In this document: positions 51,465-64,000 of the stretch, piece by piece
Layout of the letters: each line of letters opens with the position of its first letter
How positions within the stretch are numbered: position 1 is the stretch's first letter
Translations under genes and position numbers: made by a program
Assembly (NCBI RefSeq): GCF_006345805.1
Contig: NC_043008.1
Location: 53,568,001-53,632,000, forward strand
Direction: 5' to 3'
From: Octopus sinensis
Taxonomy: Eukaryota
DNA length: 64,000 nt
Notes under the pieces: model-generated
The model's database searches: none
What the model was told of the DNA's origin: nothing
What the model saw: the letters and a program-made list of their open reading frames with translations, nothing else

Positions 51465-51663
51465 TTCTATGTAATCTCAAGTTTTAAAACAAACATTATT
51501 TTCTTATAGTTTCTTAAACATTCACTAGTACAACAATAAGTACAAAACCAAATATATGGCACCCTAGGCATAACACCAACATGAAGTTCCAACTTGTTGT
51601 CTCTTGGAGCCTACTTGTACAAATGTAAAGCAAAAGTCAAACACAGAATAATGATAATAATAA
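51396..51663 (+). mobile_element. (AAT)n tract with an inserted roughly 185-bp segment, possibly the 3' end of an R4/Dong-like LINE
   Basis: Unique segment 51465-51647 has (AAT)n on both sides; Dong-type elements are known to target (TAA)n. Family call is inference. Confidence 0.4.
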
Positions 51664-52470
51664 AAATACAAAGCAATATTAAAATAAGCATACGGACAAC
51701 ATACACTATACGCAAGCAAAATTATATCAAACTTATATATCTCTAATGGCGTATAAATCTCATGCTCAAAAATTCAGATTTTGGTGGAGATATTTACATC
51801 AAAGTGCAACAGAAACTCGCAAAAACATCATTTCATGTTGAAGCTTGGACTACGAAGAGCTATAAGGTTGATGGTGGATTTTACAAAGTACAGAGACATA
51901 AAGAAAGCCAAAAAATACAACCTGTTTTAAAAAAATAGCATCAATGACTCTGGGCAATGTAATCTAGATGTACTACAGCTAGGAAACATTTGAATATAGA
52001 CCTTTTATGTTTGGGTTTACCTGCAATTAAACAATAACAGCTGTAACAAAGCTAAAAGTCAGTTTCATTCATAACTGAACGTCACATCTATCTGTGTCCT
52101 TATTATGCATGTATTTCCTTTTCATATCTCCTACATTACTGCATCGTTCTACACAATTCAAACTTTATTGACTATTATCCTAAGCAGAAACATCAGACAG
52201 TCTGTTGTAATCAATATACCGAATATAATTGTAGTAGTCTTTCGCATTTATTGCAGATAAAACGATGTAAGATCACTGAAAATTGACATAATTTAGAGTG
52301 GGAATCACCGATACAAAGAGGGAAAATTTAAAAGGCAAATTCTGAATCCGGTTGCTTGATAAAAGCTTTGTATTATCCACTGCATAATTATGTTGAGGCA
52401 AAACAGACAATAACTATAAGTAAGCGCACTGATAATGAATAATTAAAAAAACACAGGTAAAAGCAGAGAT

Positions 52471-52630
52471 TGCTTATCTTTTATCTTTTAGCTTTTGCTT
52501 GTTTCAGTCATTGGTCTGCGGACATGCTGGGGCAATGACCTAAATGAATTATAGATAAAGAAATGAACCTTACTGCTTACTGTTTTTTTTAAAGAATGCT
52601 ACCTATTATATCGTTTTCTGTTGCCGAGCT
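52471..52630 (-). mobile_element. Family A-related SINE, diverged 3' part
   Basis: TATCTTTTATCTTTT...CTTGTTTCAGTCATTGG.CTGCGG.CATGCTGGGGCA. Confidence 0.75.
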
Positions 52631-52631
52631 T

Positions 52632-52910
52632 GACTGCGTGTGTACCGTTGGCGATTTTATTTCCTCCGTCTTCCCTTCTCTGGATCTTTCCTTCTCCTAT
52701 GTTTCTGACGAAGAGTTCCGCTCGAAACGTTGAACCCTCCTTCATCCCTTCCTTCCTGAGCGTCCAATAATACTATATTTGTTCCACGTCCTCGCGTTGT
52801 TGTGTTTTCTCTTTGTGTTTTCATGTTTGGATTAACTTTATATAGATATATGTATATATTTATTTCCGTAAACCTGCCTTCGTTTTTGTCTATTCTCATA
52901 AAGCTTCCCG
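52632..52910 (+). mobile_element. Penelope-related terminal repeat with intact minimal hammerhead (52701-52735)
   Basis: GUUU-CUGACGA-A-GAGUUCCGCUC-GAAA-CG-UU-GAAC. Confidence 0.82.
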
Positions 52911-52911
52911 T

Positions 52912-52936
52912 TATATATATATATATATATATATAT

Positions 52937-53002
<66 letters not shown>

Positions 53003-53048
53003 GGATGGATGGATGGATGGATGGATGGATGGATGGATAAATAGATAA

Positions 53049-53103
<55 letters not shown>

Positions 53104-53114
53104 GATAGATAGAT

Positions 53115-53183
<69 letters not shown>

Positions 53184-53190
53184 TAGATAT
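52912..53190. repeat. (TA)n/(GATA)n/(GGAT)n compound microsatellite
   Basis: Directly visible. Confidence 0.97.
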
Positions 53191-53553
53191 GTGCGTGTAT
53201 TATTCATAGAGCTTTTTCACTTGTAAGGCATTGTTTGGTCAGGTTACTATAGTACAAGATGTTAAACTAAGGGGGTTCGTAGTGGGACTGAACCAGAGAC
53301 CACGCGGCTGTTGCAAGTCGAGCTTCTTCATCACTCAGAAGTATCTGCTTCTATAATGACATTCTGATTGCCACACTCCGAATTGCCACTTCGGATTGCT
53401 ACACTCCGAAACTATGACTGGCATAGTTGATTAAATATCTATCAAGATATGTATGTCTGTGCCTGCACCTCTGCATGCATATTTATACATTACGTAATGT
53501 ACACGTATAAACTCACATATATATACATATATATCTACATACTTCTTTTATAT

Positions 53554-53605
<52 letters not shown>

Positions 53606-53743
53606 AATGTATATATATGCATATATGTGCAAATATATGCCATGAATATATATATATGTATAAATATGCGTGTATATCTATAAGATATATATATGTGTGT
53701 GTATATATGCGTATATATATTTATATATGTATATGTATGTATA

Positions 53744-53805
<62 letters not shown>

Positions 53806-54543
53806 CCTATATATGTATAGATATACATATATATTTATATATTTATGTATGTCACATACGCATAGACATACATGTATATATATTCATGTATATAAAAATG
53901 TACTTGTGCTTACAAAGATTATATGCGTGCGTGTGTGTGTGTGTGTATTTTTATATATAATTTTCTTATATCTGTCAACACATTATATTAATTCATGTAT
54001 AATTTACTCTTTTTACGATACGAAAAAAACCGCCATATGTATTATGTCTTTATTTTTAATCACTAGAGTATACATCATCATGATCGCCATCATCATACTC
54101 CGCATCCTTCTCCTCCACATCATCACCGTATTCATCAATATCGTATTATATATCTTGTTTTATTTCCCTCTTTTATGTTACATTGTTTAAGCAATCTGTT
54201 TTTGCTGTCGTGAAATGATACAAAAAAAAAGACGAAGGTGAGGGAAGCGAAGACAAACGGCTTTCAGTTGCTTTACTGCGTTTGTTGTCTTTATTTCTAT
54301 CCTGCGTATCTCTGTGTGCAATATTGAAACGTAAACGTACAATATATTTTAATACTAGCTGTTTTCAAATACGTTCGCACATCCGTTTGCTAGATCTCCG
54401 AATATAGCTGCTATTATTCTGCGATGACTGAAGCTTAATCGCAAGCACGCACACAAACACACACACACACACACCACACACACACACACACACACGCACA
54501 CACACACACATATACATATATATTTACTCTACTCTTTTTACTC

Positions 54544-55452
54544 GCATATATTTTATTTATTACACTATTGTATGACTGAGCGCCCTCGCGTCGATTCGAT
54601 TCGATTCGTTCGTTTCGTTTCGTTCTTCTTCTCCAAGTACTGTTTTTATATATAATTATGACGCGAAACTCTTACCTCTTTGCTTTACCTTCCCTTCTTT
54701 CCCTATCTCTCTCTCACTCCTCCTCATCTCTCTCAGCCGCTTGTCTTCCTCTATCTCTTTCTCTCCCTCTCACTCCTCCTCATCTCTCTCACAGCCAGCC
54801 AACTCTTCCTTTTACACGCGGCCTTCTAACTGTAAACACACGGTTTTCCTTGCGCTCTCCAGAATCTTCCTCGTCTAGGCCAAAAAAGGCCCTTTTCGTT
54901 TGTTTTTCTTGTTTTGTTTTTATTTCTCGTATTATAATTTTTTGTAATTGTATTTTTATTTTGTATTTTATTTTGTATTTTTATTTGTATCGTTTTTACG
55001 TCCTGTTTTTGTTACATTTTTTCTTTCTTTGTTTTTACCCCTCTGCGAAGTAATTTTATTTAATTTCTTCGCAGGAAGGGCTAGTTCGGCGAGTCGTGTT
55101 CTGTCCTACCTTCGAAACACGCTGGAGTTGAACTAGGGACAGCTGATGAAGGGGATTTTTTCCTTATGTAGTTTGTCTTGTACTCTGTTTTTCGTTGTAA
55201 AAAAATGGTCTGTTCGATGCTTGTTTTTCCGTTTTCGTTTCTCGTTGAGTTCTACGTCTATTTGTGGTGTCCTGTACTCACGTATATATATTTATATATG
55301 CATGTATATATACATGTAGATGTAGGTACGTACATATAGGTATGTTTCTATGCATATATTTTATTTATTACACTATTGTATGACTGAGCGCCCTCGCGTC
55401 GATTCGATTCGATTCGTTCGTTTCGTTTCGTTCTTCTTCTCCAAGTACTGTT
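54544..55452 (+). mobile_element. Non-coding element with 101-bp terminal direct repeat (808-bp period), carrying a permuted hammerhead
   Basis: 54544-54644 matches 55352-55452; pyrimidine-rich interior; same layout as 2387-3520. Confidence 0.75.
55081..55154 (+). ncRNA. Candidate non-circularly permuted hammerhead ribozyme
   Basis: Stem III CGTGT(55095-99)/ACACG(55117-21), triplet GUU, stem I CTGTCC(55101-06)/GGACAG(55137-42), CTGATGA(55143-49), A, stem II GGGG(55151-54)/CTTC(55110-13), GAAA(55114-17); extra helix CTAGTTC(55081-87)/GAACTAG(55130-36). Confidence 0.72.
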
Positions 55453-55485
55453 ATATATATGTATATATATATGTATGTATATATA

Positions 55486-55622
55486 CGACACGCTTTGTTT
55501 TAGTTTCCGTCTACCAAATCCACTCACAAGACTTTGGTCGTTCGAAGCTATAGTAGAAGGCAGTTGGACTGAACTCGGAACCATGTGGTTCGTAAGCAAT
55601 CTTCTTACCAAATAATCACTCC
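55486..55622 (-). mobile_element. Family A SINE, 5' half with internal deletion
   Basis: AGTTTCCGTCTACCAAATCCACTCACAAG...GGAACCATGTGGTTCGTAAGCAA. Confidence 0.85.
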
Positions 55623-55645
55623 TATACACACACACACACACACAC

Positions 55646-55680
<35 letters not shown>

Positions 55681-55780
55681 TAGATAGATCATTTTGAGAG
55701 TCACTGTTAGTCCTACATAAGGTAACGATCTCAGAACTACGAGCACACCGGACAAAATTATAAAAATAATATAAAAACAA

Positions 55781-56285
55781 AATATAATATAATAACTGTA
55801 ATTGCGCGTATGGTGTCGGTTTTTATATAAACATATATGTAAAGGTTTCATTCTCAGTTTCATTCTCTGCATGTAGCAATATTTCTCAACACCGCTTGAG
55901 AAGGAATATTGCTGTAAGTAAGAGACAAAATTGTTTTCATTTCTAGAAGGCAGGTGACGAAGGCTGTGTACTGCATTGCAAAGTTTCTGAAACGATATAA
56001 TATAATATTTATTATTGTGCACGGGGTGTCTTTATACATAAGCGTATATATTAAGGAGTCCTTCTCAGCTTTTGTACTCAAGCCCAGCATACCGTAATGT
56101 CTCTCAACACCACTGACAAAAGAGAGCACTGCTGTTAGTAGGTGTCGAAATCATTAGAAGCTTTGAAATGCAGCTTAAGAAGGATGGTGTAATGCATTGC
56201 AAATTGCCTGAAAAAATATGCTATAATATCTGTAACCGACTGTGGTGTGGTCTGTGTTTATACATAAGCATATATATAGAAGTGC
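55781..56285 (+). repeat. Diverged tandem repeat, about 220-bp period, 2.3 units, one decayed HHR-like core per full unit
   Basis: Shared blocks TTTATA.ATAA.C.TATAT, TCTCAACACC, TGCTGT.AGTA and TGCATTGCAAA recur at about 220-bp spacing. Confidence 0.75.
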
Positions 56286-56673
56286 AACGTTCAACTAGAC
56301 ACTCCCATATTATCTCGCAGATGAGAAAACAAATAAAAAGTAATTTATGCCGAATAAACAAATACAAAACCATATGAAAAATATCAAACAAAACATTGAT
56401 CGACATATATTTTAATGGACAAAATAGTTTTGTGTTACATATTTTTTATTGAATTTTCCTCTTTTTTTTGTGGTGCATATTAAGTTTCCATTTCTTTTTT
56501 ATTAAAGACAAGCAGACAATAGGTCTAATTGCCAAGATGTAGATATGGATTATCATTTTAAGATCGAAATGCATATACTTAAACAAACAATGTGTAAATG
56601 GTAGAAAGAGTTCGGCATTATGTGACCATGTTATTTGCAGAAAATAAAATCGATCTCACAAATATAAAGGTGC

Positions 56674-57032
56674 ATGCATACACAAACACATGTATACATG
56701 CATGTATGTATGTATGTATGTATGTATGTATGTATGTATGTATGTATGTATGTATGTATGTATGTATGTATGTATGTATGTATGTATGCATGTGTGTATG
56801 CATGTATGTATGTATGCATGTATGTATGTATATATATATATATATATACATGTATATCAAATCCGCATATATGTTTACATATGTACACGTATACAATATA
56901 TATATATACACAAGCACATTTGTATGCACAGACGTGTACATATACACACAACACATATATGAGCATGTATATATATATATATATATATTGTATACGTGTA
57001 CATATGTAAACATGTATGCGGATTTTATATAC

Positions 57033-57079
<47 letters not shown>

Positions 57080-57274
57080 CATACATGCATGCATACATAT
57101 ATACATACATACATACATACATACATACATACATACATACATACATACATACATACATACATACATACATACATAAATACATACATGCATGTATACATGT
57201 GTTTGTGTATACATGCTCATATATGTGTTGTGTGTATATGTACACGTCAGTGCATACAAATGTGCTTGTGTATA
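56674..57274. repeat. Interleaved inverted duplication (A-B-A'-B') in microsatellite-rich DNA
   Basis: AAATCCGCATA.ATGTTTACATATGTACACGTATACAAT and CACAAGCACATTTGTATGCAC.GACGTGTACA each reappear reverse-complemented. Confidence 0.88.
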
Positions 57275-57749
57275 CACAGACACATGATGTGGTGCACACC
57301 GCACAAACACGCAGTCATAAACACGAACACATAGATATACACACAAACACACACATATATGCAAATTCGTGTACACAAACGCATCATATTCATATAATCA
57401 TAGATCAGAGGTTAAAAACAAAGTAGAGAGAAGGAGGAAAGTCAAAAGTGTAGGTTTGGAATGAAGGGGGAGAAAATGGGGACATGCAGTGCTTGTTAGG
57501 AAACTTTTGTGACTTGAATGATGCAAAAGTGCAAAATATACTTAAAATCTCTCACGGATTTTGTATTTGGTTTTCATGTGTATTCGTATAAGGGAGCACA
57601 CTCGCAGGCAGAAGCATATATATATATATATATATATATACACTAACGCACACAAATAAGTTATACATATATGCGTACACATATACACCAATGTACGCAA
57701 ATATACGATGATCGATTTGGTACATACATACGTCTACATGTAGTAAGAA

Positions 57750-58180
57750 CAGGCAGCAACAGCAGCAGCAACAATAACAACAAGCAGCAACAGTAATGAT
57801 GATGATGCGGAGGAGGAGGAGGGGGAGGAAAATGCGGAAGAAGAGGAAGGGGAGGTAGAGGAGGTAGAGGAGGTAGAGGAGGAGGAGGACAATGAGGAAG
57901 AAGATGAAGGGGAGGTAGAGGAGGTAGAGGAGGACAAAGAGGAAGTAGAGGAAGAGAAAGAGGAGGAGGAAGAGGAGGAGGAAATGGAGGAGGTGGAATA
58001 GGAAACGGAGGAGGAGGGGGAAGAGAAGGAGGAGGAAGTAGAGGAAGAGAAAGAGGAGGAGGTGGAGGAGGAAACGAAGGAGCAGGGGGAAGAGAAGGAG
58101 GAGGAAGAAGAGGATGAAGGGGAAGAGGAGGAAGAGGAAGAGGAGGAGGAGGAAGCAGAGGAGGGAGAGGATGATGATAC
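57750..58180. repeat. (CAG/CAA)n followed by a polypurine (GAG/GAA) tract
   Basis: Directly visible. Confidence 0.93.
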
Positions 58181-59188
58181 TTTCTTTATAAGCCACAGGT
58201 GGTGGAAGTACATGATGCACACACACATACACACACACACACACACAGCAGAAATCAATACATCTGCTGGTGTGTGTTGAGGCTTGGCAATTTGGAATTG
58301 CATTCACATAAAAATACGATGCAACTAGTTTCAAAATATTGACGTATCCAGTTTTTACGTAATACGGTTCCTGCACTTTAGTACGTTAAAATGTACAGAA
58401 ACAAACGAAAAAAGTAAATCTAGACACTTGTATTTTGATCCTCAGTACTTCGTGTGCGAATTCTGAACAGATTTAATGGCTTACCGAAAGAAAGAAAAAA
58501 GTAAGAGAAGCACCATGGAGATTATCACAGCATCCGAGACTGTTGGGATGAAAGCAGTAAAGTATTCGAAAATCGGATCCTAGTTCTGCACCTTACTAAA
58601 AACACACAAGATGCCAGGAGGTGGCCTTAAACCAAGCAGCCGTTTAACCCTACCAACAACAGTCATTCCTTTACACTTCCACAGCTGACGTCTACTTAAT
58701 CTCACTTACGAGGTTTTTCGTAAAAGCTGTAGAATCAAGTCAGATATCACAAGTACTTGCAGAGCAGATAATTTAATCGGCAACAGCCCCCGTCTCATCT
58801 CATGGTTTATAGCTGTTATAACCAGACGAACGAAAAGCACTTTTTGAAAAGAAGTATAGGATATCTTAGAATAAAACAATATCTCGGTTCTACTTGGTAA
58901 ATTGATAGATTGATTTCATTAGCTGTACTGAGGTACTGTCTGCAAGAGTAGATTATTCTTTAATATATTGTTCTTCGCCATGCGAATGAAATATTAGAAA
59001 TGTTCCGTTGAAAGCAATAAAGCGTCTTCAAGCTTCTTAGGAAATAAACCAACTTCTTACTTTATCCGTCTACGACTTTTGCTTTTGTTATTAAATCTTT
59101 TCACGGTGACTGATACGAATACAGCATCATTCAGTAAAGCTAAGTACATATTAAGTGTATACGTATGTAAGTATGAAAATATGTATTT

Positions 59189-59232
<44 letters not shown>

Positions 59233-59330
59233 CACACACACACACATACACACATACACACACACATATATATATATGTATATATGTATATATATATATG
59301 AATATATATAAATATATATGCATACATATA

Positions 59331-59376
<46 letters not shown>

Positions 59377-60427
59377 ATATATATACATACATACATATAT
59401 ACATACACACATATATATATATACATGCATACATACATATATATATTATATTGGAATTAATGTATATTTTTATATATATATATGCATACATACATATATA
59501 CATACATATACATATTTCTATATATGCATGCATAGATAAATACATATTTGGATGTGTGTGTGTGTGTGTGTGCGTGTGTGTGTGTTTCTGTGTGTGTGCG
59601 TGCTCATACACATGTATGCATGTACATGCTTATATACAAGACGGAAACTATTCGGCAAACATAAAACCACGTACTTACACACAAATATTATTTTGTGTTG
59701 ATATTTCAAACTTTTCGTTACTATACATCATACACTTTATAGTAATTCTTCACAATGGCAAATGAACTGGAGAAAAAAGTGCATGCACGCAAATACACGC
59801 ACAAATGCACACAAATACGTATTACACACATTTTTCTATACGCATTTAGACACGGGTATATGTCTATATGTGCCTGTGTATGTATATGTATATATATTAT
59901 ACACACGTGTGTGTGTGTGTGTGTATACAAATTTAGGGAATAGAGCAGGTAAAATCTAGGCTACATATATTTCGTAGATAGCAGGATCTCAGAAGTACTA
60001 ATTACTAGTCGAGGGTACTCCACTAGCTACTTATTAGACCGAAGGTACCTTAGTTAAATGAAGGTTACGTTGTCGCCAAGGGATCCCAAGTTAATTCACA
60101 GATTTGGTCGAAGATTTATATATGAATATAAGCATTAACATCTGTCTATCTCTGTACTTACCTCCAAACACACTCACAGACATACAAATGCTCGCACATA
60201 CACACACACGCACACACACAAACTTACATAAATACACATCTTTTTTTATCTTTTTCTTGTTTCCGTTTTAAGACTGCGAATATGCTAGGGAATGCCTCAA
60301 AGAATTTTTATTCGAATGGATGACTTCTAGTCCCTTTTTTTTAAATTTAAACCTGATCCGTATTCTACCGCTCTATTTTGCAGAAAGGCTAAGCGGCGGG
60401 CACGAAACGCACAAATAGATAGACGGA

Positions 60428-60525
<98 letters not shown>

Positions 60526-60540
60526 TATAATATATATATA

Positions 60541-60588
<48 letters not shown>

Positions 60589-62808
60589 GTGGATGGATGG
60601 ATGGATGGATGGATGGATGGATGGATACATTCGTACATACGTAGATACATACAAACATCGCACTTAAACACTTGACATTCTGAGAAACCAAAGGAAGCGG
60701 ATGTGCCTATAGATAGATTTCCCCAAAGGTGCACTTCAGCTAAACTACAGATCTTACGAAGCCGTTATGTAAGTGGCATAGATAATGCATACGCATGTGT
60801 ACACGTAGGAAATTTACGCACATCTATAGGTTTATCAGGCACACAACCCATCAACCAAACAACCAACTAACGAAATCCATCTGATTTTTATTTCCGTAAC
60901 ACACGACCAACAAAAAGACCATGTTCCCAGTGGTTTTTGATTTTTCACTAAATGATATTTAAACATTTGATCTCCGATTTGTGTAATTATTCTTATATGT
61001 AATGTTTAAATTTCCGTTGTAACCTTTATTCGTCCAGTAGTGCTTAATCGCGGAATAAGTCAATTTTGTTCATATTTACAGAAATATGTTCCTCATTCAG
61101 CGAGTGTATTTCCTCATTCCTTTCTGAAAAATGAATATTTTTGATAATAATTTTCTATAAATACGTTTTAGATGGTATAGAATTTTTGTGACAATCTTTT
61201 TTCGAAGGACGGGAGCGGATTTTCGGATAAATCACACGCCTAGACGTTTTCCCTCATACATTTTGATGATATAGATTGCAATTATGTTGTAATTAGTTTC
61301 TTTTGAAACCCACTTGATCCTTGATGCAATTTAGTATTTATTACTAGTGTTAACATTAGTAGAATTCTTTCAGGGACTTTTCCGAAAATGATGGAATATT
61401 CCGAAAAGTTTCCAACATAATTTTAATCTACGTAATTGTAACCGCTGGATCAAAGTCTGAATATTCTGATTAATCCATAACAGGTACCCTGCCAAGTGTT
61501 TACAATTCTGGGTCAGAGTAGAACTGGATACAATAATATCTAAGAAGTGGTTCAGCACTCCACAATACCTGGAGACTCCTGAACCAGTGCCTCGTATAGT
61601 TCAAGGTGTGGTGTGATCAACATGGATATTTGACCGTGGATTTGCTATGAAGGTTTTGCTATGTCTCCCAAAATTTAGCCTTCAATATTCTAGTCTATGC
61701 ATAAAAACCAACAATACAACAGCAACAAGGCATTAAGCATCTTCGCAATCAAGTTTTACTTTGTTGTTTTCCGCAAGGCTACCAGGAAAAGACAACTTAC
61801 GCGGGCAAAAAATTTATGCTGTAACTGACTTTCCTGAATGTTTAATGCTTGGAAGGTGCAGGTGAATTCCAAAGAAGTGCTCATAATTACAAGTTATATT
61901 GCCATAGAAATACAACACACAAAGTTCGTGACATGGATTGGCATGAACAAAAGTTCTGATTATCAGTGTCATAGGTGCTTGGGAAAACTAATGTGGAGTC
62001 AGCACAGGGAATGAAGGTTCTGAGGCAGGATGGATTTACACAAACAATGTTAATGCAAAATTAGATGTATTAGGCTTGGGTCCCTCTGATTCGAACCTCA
62101 AGGATCTATGGAAAAAAAAAGACAGCAAAATATCAGTGACGCCAGGAGGGAAATGTTTTCATTTTAAAAACCATTTCATACAAACAAGTGAATGAGAAGT
62201 CACCGAGTGAGTTTTTGAACTGCTAGAAAGAGAAACCATATCTATCTGAAACCACACTCTACCCTTTTAACATAAGGATGAAAATCTCTAGTTAATGTGG
62301 CCTAAAGTGATCTCTTCCAATGGGAGAATATTTTGATTGGCAGCCTTTTTTCACATGACAGCTTTTAAGGTTTAGCTAGGCGAGATAATACCAAAGAAAA
62401 AAACAAGACAATCTTAAAATGAAATGAGGAAAAATGCAGAATCTTTCTCAAAAATAGTTTTACTTATCAAAAAGTAAATCTATGTGTGTAATTCCATTAA
62501 GAACGTTCTATAGGAGACAGTGTATCTGTTCTTGATGAAAATACGCATGTGTGGTTTCTTATTCTAAATATAAATTAAATTCTTGTCAGAGATAAAGTTA
62601 AAAGTAAGTACATCATTGCATTAGTGCAAATATTTATATACATGCATATAATGTATATGTGCCTATGTGTAAACACACGCAAACACACACATACAGCATT
62701 CTCACACACAGAACACACACACACATATATGTAATATACATAGATACATATGCATACCTATACATGTACACATGTATTTACACATCTCGCTCTGTATCTA
62801 TATATATG

Positions 62809-62839
<31 letters not shown>

Positions 62840-63079
62840 TATATATGTATGTGTGTGTGTGTGTGTGTGTATGTTTGTGTGTTTGTATGTATGTATGTAT
62901 ATATGTATATTAATATGCATACACTTATGCTTATAAGAATCTATTTTTTTCAATAAAATATATTTTTGTATATGTGCACTTAGTGTATGAGTAAGCATAT
63001 GGGTATTTACGTAAATATAAGTGTGTGTGTGTGTGGTGTGTGTGTGTGTGCGAGAGCGTGTCTGAGTGCGTTTGTGTGT

Positions 63080-63118
<39 letters not shown>

Positions 63119-63171
63119 TTTGTGCGTGAATAAGTGTATGAATACTGGCATGCATAAATATTTACATATAC

Positions 63172-63216
<45 letters not shown>

Positions 63217-63602
63217 CATACACATACATATAAATATACGTACTTACACAGAGACGTAGATTCTTCGCGAATTTGCACGTATGAATGAGTGCAATATGAC
63301 ATATACACTTATATGTTAAACATTAAAAAACCAAACAAACCAGATGAGATGAAAAGATAATTATCCACCACACAGTATATATATCATTGATCATCTAGAA
63401 TCCTTTGTGAAGTTGTTGAAGATCCCTCTTGTGTTTATCTTCCACCATCACTTCTTCTTCTGCAATAATTCCTCCTTGCATTCACAACGCCGCAGAAGAC
63501 ATTTACTATAATCGATAAAACGTACAGAAACAACTCTGTGTGTATTTATAGGTGAATCGCGCGGATATATGCGCACGACGACGGCGATGAGGGTGTTGCT
63601 GA

Positions 63603-64000
63603 TGTTGGTGGTGGTGGTGGTGGTGGTAGTGGTGGTGGTGGTAGTAGTGGTGGTGGTAGTGGTGGTGGTGGTGGTGGTGGTGGTGGTGGTGGTGGTGGTG
63701 TTGGTGGTGGTGTTGGTGTTGGTGGTGGTGTTGGTGGTGGTGTTGGTGGTGGTGGTGTGTTGGTGGTGGTGTGGTGGTGGTGTTGGGGTGTTGGTGGTGG
63801 TGTTGGTGGTGGTGTTGGTGGTGAAGGTGGTGGTAGTGGTGGTGGTGGTGGTGATAGTAGTGATCGTGGATTGTGGTGATGACTATGATGATAATGTTGG
63901 TAATGGTGATAATGACGATGATGATGATTTAGATAATGGTGAGGGTTAAGGTGATGGTGGTAATGGTGGTGGTGGTGATTACGAAAGGGAGGATAGTGAT
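63603..64000. repeat. (GGT)n/(GAT)n trinucleotide array running to the window end
   Basis: Directly visible. Confidence 0.96.

Noticed and set aside
51760-51940. Two overlapping frames of about 55 open codons in unique sequence
   Set aside because: No recognisable domain or convincing splice sites.
57552-58376. Long Leu/Phe-rich, Ser-rich and Glu-rich ORFs
   Set aside because: All derive from one (GAG/GAA) low-complexity tract.
61850-62030. Possible R4-type restriction-like endonuclease C-terminus (AIEI...VIGA)
   Set aside because: Short, frameshifted motifs, insufficient without an alignment.

Overview
AT-rich, repeat-saturated eukaryotic DNA with no recognisable host exon. The repeat content points to an animal, most likely an octopus (inference from repeat families recalled from memory, not a search). 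Nearly all ORF-track entries are microsatellite translations. The window holds: at least four tRNA-derived SINE families (many copies); a 5'-truncated CR1-group LINE whose 3' stem-loop and tail are shared with the commonest SINE; decayed Tc1, mariner, LINE ORF1/endonuclease and Penelope-like (GIY-YIG) fragments; several MITE/foldback elements; and roughly 20 hammerhead-ribozyme (HHR)-like motifs. The most striking signal is three sequence-divergent non-coding elements (3361-3433 +, 14975-15051 -, 55081-55154 +) carrying a hammerhead whose three strands run in a non-circularly permuted order: stem III-UH-stem I, then stem II-GAAA-stem III, then stem I-CUGANGA-stem II. Each has covarying stems, an extra helix and an upstream hairpin, and two lie in 0.9-1.1 kb elements bounded by direct repeats. 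Two decayed tandem arrays with one HHR-like core per unit resemble retrozymes. All pairings were read by eye; no activity has been shown.
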